From Scyliorhinus canicula (lineage: Eukaryota), in NCBI RefSeq assembly GCF_902713615.1, contig NC_052154.1, forward strand, positions 92,015,030 to 92,079,029: DNA of 64,000 nt, written 5' to 3'. Positions 1 to 12,639 of the stretch are shown piece after piece. A program made the translations under genes and the position numbers. Positions within the stretch are counted from its first letter, which is position 1. Every line of letters begins with the position of its first letter. Below the pieces are notes generated by a model. It had not been told where the DNA came from, made no database searches, and saw only the letters and a program-made list of their open reading frames with translations.

Positions 1-439
1 CAATACCCGTCTGGCCTCAATAAAACTCGAGAGGGATTTGTAGCTATAGTATTGTATATTTTTTAACAACTTGCAAGGCTGACCCGCTCTATCGAGATTC
101 AGAACACATGCAGTCTTCTGAAGCCTCATAAACGAGTAAAGTCGGAGACAAAGAGAACTCTGCACATATCATTCAAATTGCATCAAGTTTCACATACAAG
201 ATTCCCATAGGTCATGCTATGTACCTCCTGACCTGTCCATATATCCTGATTGGCTCACTTTGCATTCCTCAACCCAGGGCCTCTTGTTACCCAGCATCCT
301 TTTCACCACCCTGCACGAGGCTCCCCCCCCCCCTCCTCGCCATGCTTTGCTGAATCCCTTTGTTCTTTGTCTGTGAGCTCACTACCATCAGACTGGCTCA
401 CATCTACATTATTCTAACTAATAATCCTATTTTATATCA

Positions 440-898
440 CATTCGTTTGTTCAATTCCTCACTAGGGCTAGTCTTTCTTTTTACCTTTCTTCGCATTCAA
501 GCTGCTTCAATTATTTTCCATGTTGAAGCTGTTTGATCTGTAATTCAATTCTTGCCATTTCCAATGATTCTGACTGTGTCTCGAACAATTGCAAATGCTC
601 AACTACCGCCACAATGACCTCTTCTTTTCGTATTTTGTCAGGCACTGTTAAGTGCAATGTTTTTGCGAAATCAAAAAGCCATTTTTAATCTCTGTCTGTA
701 AGGTACTGCGTGAGACATTCTTCACCCCCCAAAACTTCTGAACCTCTGAAATAGCCATTGTCCACAACACACTCCCTTCTTAATCTGGAATACACCACCT
801 GAAAAGCAAACACAATTATGATCGCCCTTTACTGTCTTTAAGTTCACGAAGCCAACCCAATCACGAAAGATCGAGTTTTATCCCTCGAGCCCCCAATT
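440..898 (-). mobile_element. Gypsy LTR retrotransposon internal 5' region: PBS and degenerate gag N-terminus
   Basis: Directly after the LTR end on minus is AATTGGGGGCTCG (886-895 = TGGGGGCTCG, complementary to the tRNA-Pro 3' end). A broken coiled-coil gag-like ORF follows (MAISEVQKF.../...PDKIRKEEVIVAVVEHLQLFETQSESLEMARIELQIKQL). Confidence 0.6.
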
Positions 899-3061
899 TG
901 TTATGCACCAGGGTTTAGAGAACTCCATCTCGCGGAGTTCACCTGAGGTACAACTGTTTATAGATTTTGGTACGATTAGGGCCTGTCTTTCAGGTGCTAT
1001 TGAATAGAGGCCTCAAAGCACTTATCATTAAAAACAAGCTTTATTCTACAAAAGCAGTTAACATTTTTATAAACACACACAGTAAGCATGTTTATCAACT
1101 ACAAACTTAAATACCCCACACAACTACATTAGTCTATGTAACACTCGTAACAAATGTTGCCCTTCATCTGTTCCATTTTATCAACAAGATCCCAACAACA
1201 AGGAGGCGTTAGTTATGATCTTTCAAAAGTCACTGGAATCAGGGAAAGTCCCAGAGGATTGGAAAATCGCTGTTGTAACCCCCCTGTTCAAGAAGGGAAC
1301 AAGAAAAAAGATGGAAAATTATAGGCCAATTAGCCTAACCTCGGTTGTTGGCAAAATTCTAGAATCCATCGTTAAGGATGAGATTTCTAAATTCTTGGAA
1401 GTGCAGGGTCGGATTAGGACAAGTCAGCATGGATTTAGTAAGGGGAGGTCGTGCCTGACAAACCTGTTAGAGTTCTTTGAAGAGATAACAAGGAGAGCCA
1501 ATGGATGTTATCTATCTTGACTTCCAAAAGGCCTTTGACAAGGTGCCTCACGGGAGACTGCTGAGTAAAATAAGGGCCCATGGTATTCGAGGCAAGGTAC
1601 TAACATGGATTGACGATTGGCTGTCAGACGGAAGGCAGAGAGTTGGGATAAAAGGTTCTTTTTCGGAATGGCAACCGGTGACAAGTGGTGTCCCGCAGGG
1701 TTCAGTGTTGGGGCCACAGCTGTTCTCTTTATATATTAACGATCTAGATGACGGGACTGGGGGCATTATGGCCAAGTTTGCCGATGATACAAAGATAGGT
1801 GGAGGGGCAGGTAGTATTGAGGAGGTGGGGAGGCTGCAGAAAGATTTAGACAGTTTAGGAGAATGGTCCAAGAAGTGGCTGATGAAATTCAACGTGGGCA
1901 AGTGCGAGGTCTTGCACTTTGGAAAAAAGAATAGAGGCATGGACTATTTTCTAAACGGTGACAAAATTCATAATGCTAAAGTGCAAAGGGACTTGGGAGT
2001 CCTAGTCCAGGATTCTCTAAAGGTAAACTTGCAGGTTGAGTCCGTAATTAAGAAAGCAAATGTAATGTTGTCATTTATCTCAAGAGGCTTGGAATATAAA
2101 AGCAGGGATGTACTTCTGAGGCTTTATAAAGCACTAGTTAGGCCCCATTTAGAATACTGTGAGCAATTTTGGGCCCCATACCTCAGGAAGGACATACTGG
2201 CACTGGAGCAGATCCAGCGGAGATTCACACGGATGATCCCAGGAATGGTAGGCCTAACATACGATGAACGTCTGAGGATCGTGGGATTATATTCATTGGA
2301 GTTTAGGAGGTTGAGGGGAGATCTAATAGAAACGTACAAGATAATGAATGGCTTGGATAGGATGGACGTAGGGAAGTTGTTTCCATTAGCAGGGGAGACT
2401 AGGACGCGGGGGCACAGCCTTAGAATAAAAGGGAGTCACTTTAGAACAGAGATGAGGAGAAATTTCTTCAGCCAGAGAGTGGTAGGTCTGTGGAATTCAT
2501 TGCCACAGAGGGCGGTGGAGGCCGGGACATTGAGTGTCTTTAAGACAGAAATTGATAAATTCTTGATTTCTCGAGGAATTAAGGGCTATGGGGAGAGAGC
2601 GGGTAAATGGAGTTGAAATCAACCATGATTGAATGGTGGAGTGGACTCGATGGGCCGAATGGCCTTACTTCCACACCTATGTCTTATGGTCTTATGGTCT
2701 TATAAACCAGTACTCACTTTTCAAAGGTGTAGCCCAACATACAGCACTCAAGACCTTGTATATATGCTCTTGGTTTCTTTCCAGAATTACTGGAATTCCT
2801 TCCAGAAAGCTATAATTTATTTTCGAGTCATCAAGCAGTTGGGAAATAGCTATTATAGTGAGGATAGCGAGACAGGACAAGACTTCTCTGTCTGAATCCA
2901 GCAGCCAAATGTGAAAACGAAAGCAAAATCTCAGACCCACACCAAGCCCCAAACCCAAGCGAAAGTAAAACTCAGAGTCGCAGACCAGCTCCACCCACAC
3001 AATAACATCACTGAAGCCATGTGTTAAGACAAACATTTCTCAAAGGGACACTCCCATGACA
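899..3061 (-). mobile_element. Gypsy 5' LTR (TG...CA) split by a CR1 insertion
   Basis: Termini tgttatgcaccagggtttagagaac (899) and ...cccatgaca (3061) match the LTR at 54211-54823. Interrupted at ~1201-2702. Confidence 0.7.
1201..2702 (+). mobile_element. 5'-truncated CR1 LINE (RT half of ORF2, one frameshift at ~1501)
   Basis: ORFs 1215-1520 and 1501-2616 carry [36 protein letters not shown] and FADD. The 3' tail ends in (cttatggt)n. Confidence 0.95.
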
Positions 3062-3129
3062 AATTACTAAACGTTATTATTCAGACACAGCAAGGCATAA
3101 GGTCGTCATATTGGATATTGTTATTTATT

Positions 3130-3620
3130 ACAAGGCAAATATGAGAAAACAGTGGGAAAGATGTACCGCACTTGTTCAGGGCCTTAGCAAGATCACACAT
3201 GAAGGAACGTTTCTCTGTAATTAAAATGAGTACCCTCTGGACTTAACAGTTCGGAAAATGTTCATTCTCCTCATTCTTGGGATGGAGTACGTATCATATG
3301 AATAAACCTTTAACTAGTTGGGACTACACCCTTTGACGTTAAGAAGAATGAAAGGTCATCCAGTTGTAAAGTTATAAGATCGGAAGGAAATCAGGCAGTG
3401 TGGGTACCGAGAGAGTTTTTCCGTTAGTTGGTGAGACAAGAACTGTCGGAAATGCCGGCATTATAAGTTTCAGTCACAGGGTTGGAGCATGTGACAGTAC
3501 TTGCCGAGGAAGTAGTGACGGCTGAGTAACTGAAAATATGTGAGGCAGACTTTGATGGATTTATGATAGAAAAGCGTCAAGGTGGTAGATTAGAAAGCAG
3601 AGTTGAGACTATAGACAGTC
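3130..3620 (+). mobile_element. Highly decayed CR1 3' fragment
   Basis: Recognisable remnants of the CR1 ORF2 C-terminal region (ggatggagtac...agaagaatgaaaggt...gtgagacaagaact). No ORF. Confidence 0.5.
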
Positions 3621-4534
3621 CAGACATTATGTTATTGCATATGATTCATGCTCAAGGATCCAAAACTTCTACTAAATCCAATATTCCTCTGATTGGTCAA
3701 TATTTAGTGATGGTAGAGGAAATGACCGATGGTATTTTTTTGTTTCAGGATGTTGTCCGTGTACCATTAAAGCAGTGCACGAATGCGCAGTCGAGTAAAA
3801 TTTCGGGAAATTGATATATTTAATAAATTTAACTCTGTATCCGAAATTCCGAATTGCTGAGGGTCTCACTGGACCTTTCTACAAGGAAAAAGCAGGCAAT
3901 AGGCATACGGTCTTTGTGGTTTACAGCATGAAAACAGACCCTTCGGCCCAACTTTCCCACTTCGCCCAGTTATTGCATAAAGCTAGCCCCAGTTGCCAGC
4001 ATTTGGCCCATGTCACTCTATACCCAGCTTTCCTTTATAATTTTGTAAATGCTTTTGAAAATACAAAATTGTACCCGCCTCTACAATTGCCTCTGGCAGC
4101 TTGTTCCAGACACTCAGCATAACTTGTTTGAAAACATTGCCCCTCTGGACCCTCACCCTCTCACTTTAAACCTGAGCCTTTAGATTTATACTCCCCTACC
4201 TTTGGAAAAATATGTTGACTATCTACCTCATCTGTGCCTCTCATTATTTTATAGACCTCTATAAGTTCACCTCGAAGCCTCCGACACTCACTCCAGGGAA
4301 ACTATTCTACCCAGCCTCTCCTAATAATGCATACCATCAAGTCCCGGTAGCATCCTAGTAAATCTTTTCTGCACACTTTGTACATGAAAAATATAATTTC
4401 TATAATAGGACAACGAGAACTGTAAATAGTATTCCAAGTGTGGCCTGAGTAATGACTTTTACAACTTTAGCAAGACGTCCCAACTCCTATATTCAATGTT
4501 CTGTCCAATTAAACCAAGCATGCCAATTGCCGAT

Positions 4535-5369
4535 TTGCAGGTTACAGAGGGACATAGATAAGCTGCAGAGCTGGGCTGAGAGGTGGCAAATGGAGTTTAA
4601 TGTGGAGAAGTGTGAGGTGATTCACTTTGGAAAGAATAACAGGAATGCGGAATATTTGGCTAATGGTAAAATTCTTGGTAGTGTGGATGAGCACATAGAT
4701 CCCTGAAAGTTGCCACCCAGGTTGATAGGGTTGTGAAGAAGGCCTATGTTGTGTTGGCCTTTATTGGTAGAGGGATTGAGTTCCGGGGCCATGAGGTCAA
4801 GTTGCAGTTGTACAAAACTCTAGTACGGCCGCATTTGGAGTATTGCGTACAGTTCTGGTCGCCTCATTATAGGAAGGACGTGGAAGCTTTGGAACGGGTG
4901 CAGAGGAGATTTACCAGGATGTTGCCTGGTATGGAGGGAAAATCTTATGAGGAAAGGCTGATGGACTTGAGGTTGTTTTCGTTAGAGAGAAGAAGGTTAA
5001 GAGGTGACTTAATAGAGGCATACAAAATGATCAGAGGGTTAGATAGGGTGGACAGCGAGAGCCTTCTCCCGCGGATGGGGGTGGCTAGCACGAGGGGACA
5101 TAGCCTTAAATTGAGGGGTAATAGATATAGGACAGAGGTCAGAGGTGGGTTTTTTACGCAAAGAGTGGTGAGGCCGTGGAATGCCCTACCTGCAACAGTA
5201 GTGAACTCGCCAACATTGAGGGCATTTAAAAGTTTATTGGATAAGCATATGGATGATAAGGGCATAGTGTAGGTTAGATGGCCTTTAGTTTTTTTTTTCC
5301 ATGTCGGTGCAACATCTAGGGCCGAAGGGCCTGTACTGCGCTGTATCGTTCTATGTTCTATGTTCTATG
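4535..5369 (+). mobile_element. Young 5'-truncated CR1 3' end
   Basis: Near-identical to 53327-54200 apart from a ~22-nt deletion at ~4694. (ttctatg)n tail. Confidence 0.92.
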
Positions 5370-6267
5370 CCCTTTTTCACCCCCCTGCCCACCTGTGACT
5401 ACACTTTCAAGGAGATATGAATATGTACGCCTAGGTTTCTTTGTTCTATTACTCTCCCCAACTCCCAAACATTAACTGAGCATGTTCTGCCCCGATTCGA
5501 TCTACCAGAATTCATCCCATCACATTTATCTAAATTAAACTCCATTGTCGACTCATTGGCTCACTGGCCGAATTGATCAAGATGCCGGGGACTCACTGCT
5601 TGGTGTCACCTGCAAACTTACTAACCTTGCCTCCTAAATTCACATCCAAATCATTAATGTAAATAAAAAATAGCAAATGACCCAGCACTGATCCCTGACG
5701 CACACCGCTGATCAAAGACCTTTAGTTTGAAAACAACCCTTTGCCATCAACTTTTGTCTTCTGCTGTCAAGCCAATTTTGTATCCAATTAGCTATTTCTG
5801 GATCCCATGAGATTTAACCTTATGCGACAATCTACCATATGTTACCTTGTCAAGGCCTCGATGAAGTCCAGTGCAGGCAATGTCGATTGCACTGCCCTCA
5901 TCTACCTTCTTGGTTATCCATTCAAAGAAATAAATCCGATTTGTGATATATGATTTTTCACTCACAAAGTCATGCTGACTGTCCCTAATCATCCCTGCCT
6001 CTCTGAGTGCCTGTAGTTCCTGTCACTCAGATTACATTCTAACAACCTACCCACCACAGGCGTTACGCTCAGCGGTCTGTAGTTCCCAACCTCTTTTTGC
6101 GACCTTTCTGAAAATCAAGGCACAAAATTTGCTACCCTGCAATCTTCAAGCGCCTCAACTGTGGCTGTCGACAAAAAAAATCCTTGCCCGGAGATCGGCA
6201 ATTTCCTCCCTAGCCTTCCGCAACGTCGTGGGATACATTTCATCAGGTCGTGGGATTTATCTACCTA

Positions 6268-6630
6268 GGGGCAGCAGGGTAGCAGGGGCAGCAGGGTAGC
6301 ATGGTGGTTAGCATAAATGCTTCACAGCTCCAGGGTCCCAGGTTCGATTCCCGGCTGGGTCACTGTCTGTGTGGAGTCTGCACGTCCTCCCCCTGTGTGC
6401 GTGGGTTTCTTCCGGGTGCTCCGGTTTCCTCCCACAGTCCAAAGATGTGCGGGTTAGGTGGATTGGCCATGCTAAATTGCCCGTAGTGTCCTAATAAAAG
6501 TAAGGTTATGGGGGGTTTGTTGGGTTACGGGTATAGGGTGGATACGTAGGTTTGAGTAGGGTGATCATGGCTCGGCACAACATTGAGGGCCGAAGGGCCT
6601 GTTCTGTGCTGTACTGTTCTATGTTCTATG
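6268..6630 (+). mobile_element. HE1-type V-SINE, young copy with duplicated 5' head
   Basis: tRNA-like head (A/B boxes tggtggttagc, ggttcgattcc), V-core gtgggtttc..ccgggtgctccggtttcctcccaca, and a CR1-shared tail gggccgaagggcctgt...ttctatg. Confidence 0.92.
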
Positions 6631-7384
6631 TGATTGAAGACTTCCAGCACCTCCTTCTCTGTAATCTGTACGTGTTGGAGGTAATCAGCTGTGTTGATGA
6701 AGATATCATTCAATAAACAGGATTGGAAGATAATCTTAACAGAAGGCTTTTCTCCCCACGAGAGGCCAGGATCTGACATTTGCCGACCGCACCGCCGAAT
6801 GTTCTGACATTGTCCTGTTTTTAATGGTGCATTAGGAGATGTACCACCACAGGAAGAACGGTGGTACAGTCTGCGCCAATGCTGCGTGAAAACCTTCCAT
6901 ATGTATTCATCGCTCCGTGGCACCTCCTGCAATAGATGAACATGGTTTGCATTAATTCCTTCCTTTGGCCATATTTTTCTTCATTAGGTCGATTATCACC
7001 TACCTGAATTGTCAATACACGAGTTAAACACATGTTCGTTATGTTCGTTTCCAATTGAAATTGATATGTGTTGTTGCAGGACGTGCAAATATAGATTTGA
7101 TATTGTGCGCAAAAGATTAGAACCTCAGTTTGTTCTTAGTGCAATCTGAAACAGAGTCGTTTGATGAGTATACTTGGACAATGAAGCATTCAGCTCTGAT
7201 CATCACGGAAATGGTCACATTACTTGCAAAATGTTCATGTTATATTCTGTTTGAAGGCTACATTTTCATTGCAGTCAGTCATTAACTGTTTAATTAACTT
7301 CTGGCGGAATTTTCCGATATTTTGGCAAGGTGTCAAAAGGTGCAGGAAAACTGGTGTGATGCCTACCAGCGGCAGCTCTGGTTT

Positions 7385-8100
7385 ATTCTGCTGTATCTTT
7401 AGCCCCTGAGACAGAGGGCGGCGATTTTGAGCGCGCCCTCTCTACCCGTGAGAAACTCGGCAAGGGAGCAAATCCGGAGCGATACAAAAATGCGATTCGC
7501 TCCTCCATGGCAGTATTTTGTAATTTTCAACGCTACCCACGCCATCCACCCTCTCGCACACACGCACACACTAATGCACACAAACCTTTCGATGGATTCG
7601 TGCGAATTGAGCCGTGTGAACCCTATAATCTCGTTGTGATGAATCGGTATTGAAATCGCGAACACTCTCTCCAAACCCTACACCTTCACGGAACATTCAC
7701 TGGGCGTCGACTTCACGTCATGCCGTTGTCATTGACGACAGGTTTGGCCAACCCTGAGGCAGTCGAATGGATGCCTCCCGGTCCAAGACGTGAATATCGG
7801 GGGTGGGGGGAGTTTTTTGGGGATTGGGTTACGGGAAATCATGGGAAGTGCATTAGCACAGCCCAGGCACATTTTGACACTGTCACGCTTGCCCTGCCAG
7901 GTATGCACTTGACGATTCGCACTGCCAGTTGGAGACTACCAGGTTAGCAAAATTGGCAGTGCAAGCCTGTGCCGGGTGCATTGCGAGGGCACTGCACCTT
8001 TACTCCCGACCCTCGAGCCGTGTAAGGCACTGTGCCCGTGGATAGATGCTTTCGACTTCCTCATGCCTGGCAAACCTGTTTTATTGACTCCAGTGTGAGA
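7385..8100. repeat. GC-rich interspersed repeat, unclassified (possibly non-autonomous DNA-transposon derivative)
   Basis: CpG-rich block (gggcggcgattttgagcgcg...) that contrasts with the AT-rich flanks. A similar-looking block lies at ~36270-36830. No coding capacity seen. Confidence 0.35.
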
Positions 8101-8859
8101 TCACCGCACTCCAGCTGTCCCTCTATCCCAAGAATTAAATGAAATTTCCACGAGAATCCCGAGGCAGAAGGAATGTTTGGCATTGTGTGGGCCCTATACC
8201 CGGGAGCTTTGCGTGCGTCCAGTCCATCGGACACCCCCTCCCCATCTGTGACCATTCCAGCACCAGCCTCGCACACCACGGAGCGTGCTTCTGCTGCACC
8301 GCAGTACCCCGAACGTCTCCAAGCCCCAGCCCCTCAGACATCACAATAATCACTGAAAACGTGAAGCAGCAGAAGACTCCCTCCACTTCTGCTGTCGAAT
8401 CTGGACAGACACTGAGATGTAGATATGGTTTTACAATGTTCATAGAGACATGGAAATCAAGAGTACAAGAGTTTGTGCTTTCGGCCGCAATATTAATCCC
8501 ATTTTCCAGCATTTGGATTGTAACCTTTATTGTCTTGCCAGTGCAAGTATGCATCTAAGTACATCTTAAATGTTATGTATGCCTCCGCCTCCACCCTCTG
8601 TTCAGGCATTGCAATCCAGAATCCCACCTCACTCAGGGGAAAGACTTTTTCAGTCAAATACGCTCCAAACCTTCTGTCCATTGCCTTAAATCCCCGCCCC
8701 GTCATTGGTTCCTCCACAAAGGGGCATTAAGAGGACGAGCAGCCTCGGCTGCAATATCAGACCCAGTGCGTCCAGGCGTTATTTCACTTATTCTTTGACA
8801 TTGCTGGGCACAGCTGCAATTCTAATCCCCGAAAGATTATTGAAGTTATTTGATCTGGA

Positions 8860-9305
8860 GTGGCAGGATGGCACAGTGATGAGCACTGCTACCTCACGGT
8901 GCTCAGGATCAGGGTTTGATTCCGGGTCCGTGTGGATTTTGCAATTTCACCCGTGTCTGCATGGGTCTCAACTCCACAATCCAAACGTAGGCAGGTTAGG
9001 TGGAATGGCCCCGTTACATTGCCCCTTAATTGCAAAAACAAGAATGAAGGTGTTTGAACCGAAACGATGTTGATCTCTATTTTTTTTTAAATTTAACGTA
9101 TCCACTTCATTTTTGCCAATTAAGGGGCAATTTAACGTTGGCAATCCACCTAACCAGCACACCTTTGAATTGTGGGGGTGAAACCCACGCAGACACGGGG
9201 AGAATGTGCAAACTCCACACAGACAATGACCCAGAGCCGTGATTGAACCTAGGACCTCAGCGGCGTGAGGCAGTAGTGCTAACCACTGCGCCACCGTGCT
9301 ACCCC
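8860..9305. mobile_element. Two short V-SINE copies, tail to tail (+ at ~8860-9040, - at ~9070-9305)
   Basis: Heads ggcacagtg.../ggggtagcacggtggcgcagtggttagcac, V-core remnants, and A-rich tails. Confidence 0.75.
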
Positions 9306-9309
9306 CCGA

Positions 9310-10520
9310 TGTTGATTTCTTACTGGAGCCTACGTCCTGGAGCATTTCACCACAAACTTGTGCTTCACGGCTATGCTGCGGTACATACTCACAAAACAAC
9401 GGTCATGCTCTTTCAAACCCCAGGAGCTTGGAGATCAGATCTAGCCAATCGCCCATCTCCAGTACCTCTGTCCTTAACCGTTCTCCTCCCTCCCAGAAAA
9501 TGGATAGGATCCCCCTTGTCCTCACTTTTCACCCCACCAGCCTCCACATCGAAAGGATTATCCTCTGCCAGTTCTGCCAACACCAGCATTGTTGCCGCAA
9601 ACACATCTTCCCCTCATACTGAGAATTAGCACTGAGTCATTAAAAAATAGATGATTCCCGCTGTTACCAGACTTCTGATTTACACTCTCGGCGACTGATC
9701 TGGTCTCTTCACACATCTTCTCGACTTAGTAGTATTGCGTTCCGTAAGCTCATCCTGTGTTTATGCCTTTACAGTGTGTATTTATGTAGGTCCTGTGATT
9801 TTTTTTCTTGCATGGGATGATCTGTCTGGACTCTATGCAGAACAATACGTTTAATTGTACCTCGATATACATGAAAAAGAGAACAACTCCAATTCCATTC
9901 CCGCAGATAGTATTCTGTTGTGACCATTCCAGCCAGGATATCCCGGACCACTCTTCAAACACCCAACATCTCACCCTCTCCCCACGGCACTTGTCCATGC
10001 AATAGCAGAAGGTGTTACAGTGGATCGTCTACCTCCTCGCTGCTCATGATCCAAATACACATTTCAGGTGAGGCAGCGCTTTATGTGCACCTCCTTCAAA
10101 CTGGGCTATTTCATTCTGTGCTCCCAATGTATCTACTCGACATTGGACAGACTAAACGCATACTGAGTGGCCGTTTTGAAGACCGCAAGAAGGAGCCATT
10201 TCAACTGATAGTCCTGCTGTCATGTTTATGTGACAACCAACGCAAACTGCACAATCAGCACCTCACATTCCCACGCGGAACGTTACAGCTTTCCAGACTT
10301 AACATTGATTCAACAAATTCAGAATGTGAACTCTCCTCCACATTCACCCGTTTAAATTTTTACTTATTTATTTTCATTTCTTCCATCGATTCGTTATTCC
10401 TCTCACCATTGTCTTTCCTCCCAGCATCTCACCCCACTGAGGCTACTTGTTCCCTGCTCCAAGTTACCCTTTGTCACATGATTACTTCTGTTTGTGCCAG
10501 TAACACATTCTGATCTCTAA
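9310..10520 (+). mobile_element. Penelope-like element fragments (RT linker and GIY-YIG region)
   Basis: KMDRIPLVLTFHPTSLHIERII linker motif (9490-9560) and YLLDIGQTKRILSGRF GIY-YIG-like motif (~10130-10180). Interrupted at ~9620-9870. Confidence 0.75.
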
Positions 10521-10544
10521 ATGTGCAACAAACAGCATTTTACT

Positions 10545-11025
10545 TTGTCATGCAGGCTGGTTTAGCTCAGTTGGCTGGGCAGCTAGTTTGTTGATGCAGA
10601 GCAAAGCCAGCAGCACGGTAGCATAGTGATGGGCAGCATAGTGATTGGCAGCACGGTAGCATCGTGAGGGCAGTACGGTAGCATAGTGATTAGCACAATT
10701 GCTTCACAGCTCCAGGGTCCCAGATTCGATTCCCGGCTTGGGCCACTGTCTGTGCGGAGTCTGCATGTTCTCCCCGTGTGTACATGGGTTTCCTCCAGGT
10801 GCTGCGCGTTCCTCCCAAATTCCAAAGATGTGCAGGTTAGGTGGACTGGCCATGCTAAATTGCCCTTAGTGTCGAAAATTGCGCTTAGTGTTGGGTGGGG
10901 CAACTGGGTTATGGGGCTAGGGTGGAGGTCTGCGGTTGGGAAGGTTGCTCTTTCCAAGAGCTGGTGCAGACTCGATGGGCCGAATGGCCTCCTTCTGCAC
11001 TGTAAATTCTATGAATCCATGAAAA
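10545..11025 (+). mobile_element. V-SINE with reiterated 5' head, preceded by the head of a second SINE family
   Basis: About four copies of g(g)cagca(c/t)(g/a)gtagcat precede a normal V-SINE body with a CR1-type tail. Confidence 0.8.
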
Positions 11026-11219
11026 AATCCCATTCAATTCACGTCACGACTGAGGTTATTCATAGAAACATAAAAAATAGATGCAGGAATATGTTCCATA
11101 AGATGCCCTCCGACTCATCGCGGAATGGATTCTGTTTGTTGTGGGCACAGAGAATTATACCCAACGTCTATGCTGCATTGATGGCATCAAGAGATTGCCC
11201 ATCGTTGTTTTCTATAAAG

Positions 11220-12255
11220 GGTTGGCACAGTGGTTTGCACTACACTCTCACAGCTCCAGGGACGAACGTTCAATTCTGGCCTCGGGTGGCTGTCTGCATG
11301 AGGTTTCACTTTCTCCTTGTCTTTGCTTCACACAGTCAAAAGGTATGCAGCTTATGTGGATTTGCCATGCTAAATTGCCCGTTTGGGTCCAAAATGTCAT
11401 GTGGGATTACAAGGTAACGGGAATAAGGTGGAGGCATGAGCAGAAGAAGATCCTTTTTCCAACAGCCAGTGCTTTATCGATGGGACGAATGATCTCCTTC
11501 TGACCTGTAAATTCCATGATTATATGATTACAAAACTGAACATTTCACTCTCTGCACTTAGGTTATCAACGTCAGATAAAGGGTGTCATTGATCATATAA
11601 TTTACAATGACACAGGAGGCCATTCGACCCGTCAGGTCTGCACCAGCTCTTGGAAAGAGCACACCACATAAGATCACACCTCGACCCAATCCCCACCCAA
11701 TTTATCATGGCCAATCCACCTAACTTGTACGTCTTTGGACTGTGGCAGGAAACAGGAGCACCCGGAGGAAACCGACGCAGACACAGGGAGAACGTGCAGA
11801 CTCCGCACAGTTAGTGACCCAAGCCGGGAATCGAACCTGGAGTTGTGGAGCAATTGTGCTATCCACTATGCTATCGTGCTGCCCACATAAAGTTGTCGCC
11901 AGCATCTGGTTTCTTTGCTCGCACTTGATTTCCAAATAATTGATGGAATTCCCTTTTCAGATACTATGTGTGCATCGGTGGTTTTCTCTGACAGAAATAT
12001 TGGCGCCGTTCCCAGATCAATTCATCAACGGGCAACGGGCTTGCACCGGCACCACGTGGAACACGACGATTCTTTTTTCAAAAAATTTCTTTACGTTACT
12101 CCTCCATCTGACCTGTACATATTTGGGTTGTGGGGTAAAACCCACACAAACACGAAAAATGTGCAAACTCCACACGGACAGTGACCCAGGGCCGGGATCA
12201 AACCTGGGACTTTGGCGCCTTGAGGCTGCAGTGCGAGCCACTGCACCACCATGCT
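11220..12255. mobile_element. Cluster of three decayed V-SINEs (+ 11220-11520; - 11600-11885; - 11990-12255)
   Basis: V-core and tRNA-like heads recognisable in each. Confidence 0.7.
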
Positions 12256-12364
12256 ACCCCGAACACGACTGATTTTTTATCGAAAACGGTGACGGATTTA
12301 TCCGAGTCAGGATTGACAATCGATACAAGCTGCAGCTGCACATAAACAATCCACAATCCACACA

Positions 12365-12540
12365 CACCATTGCAGCTGAAAGAACAGCAGCAAAGAGAGC
12401 GGCACCCCATTTCATGGACACTGAAATGGAGACACCAAGAAGGACACGCTGCACCCTGGGGTGGGGAGGTGATTGCAAGCCGCTACCGAGCATGGGCCAG
12501 GGTGCAGGCGGGAGACACCATGAGCATGGTGGGCAACACC
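12365..12540 (+). mobile_element. Decayed Myb/SANT-like DNA-binding ORF fragment of PIF/Harbinger type
   Basis: AAERTAAKRAAPHFMDTEME, then after a frameshift AWARV...SMVGNTGRSGQHCKKKLHELLRAA. This resembles the Myb_DNA-bind (RAPRFS...W..VA...RT..QCRKK..DL) pattern. Confidence 0.55.
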
Positions 12541-12639
12541 GGCAGGAGTGGCCAGCACTGCAAAAAGAAACTGCATGAACTGCTAAGGGCAGCCACGGTG
12601 TACTTTGATATTGATCACGGCCCACAGACCCGTACTCCA

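Larger units (their letters stand above)
4050..6720 (-). mobile_element. Old CR1 LINE fragment hosting a younger CR1 and a SINE
   Basis: Minus-strand CR1 RT remnants (5792-5992: RDSQHDFV...LDKVTYGRL). The sequence resumes on both sides of insertions at 4535-5369 and 6268-6630. Confidence 0.7.

Noticed and set aside
6271-6360. tRNA gene-like A/B boxes (also at the other SINE heads)
   Set aside because: These are tRNA-derived SINE heads continuous with the V-core, not cloverleaf tRNA genes.
6720-7380. Unique sequence with a minus-strand acceptor (ctattgcag) and ORF 6525-6932
   Set aside because: Translations have no recognisable features, and the ORF runs into SINE/CR1 sequence.
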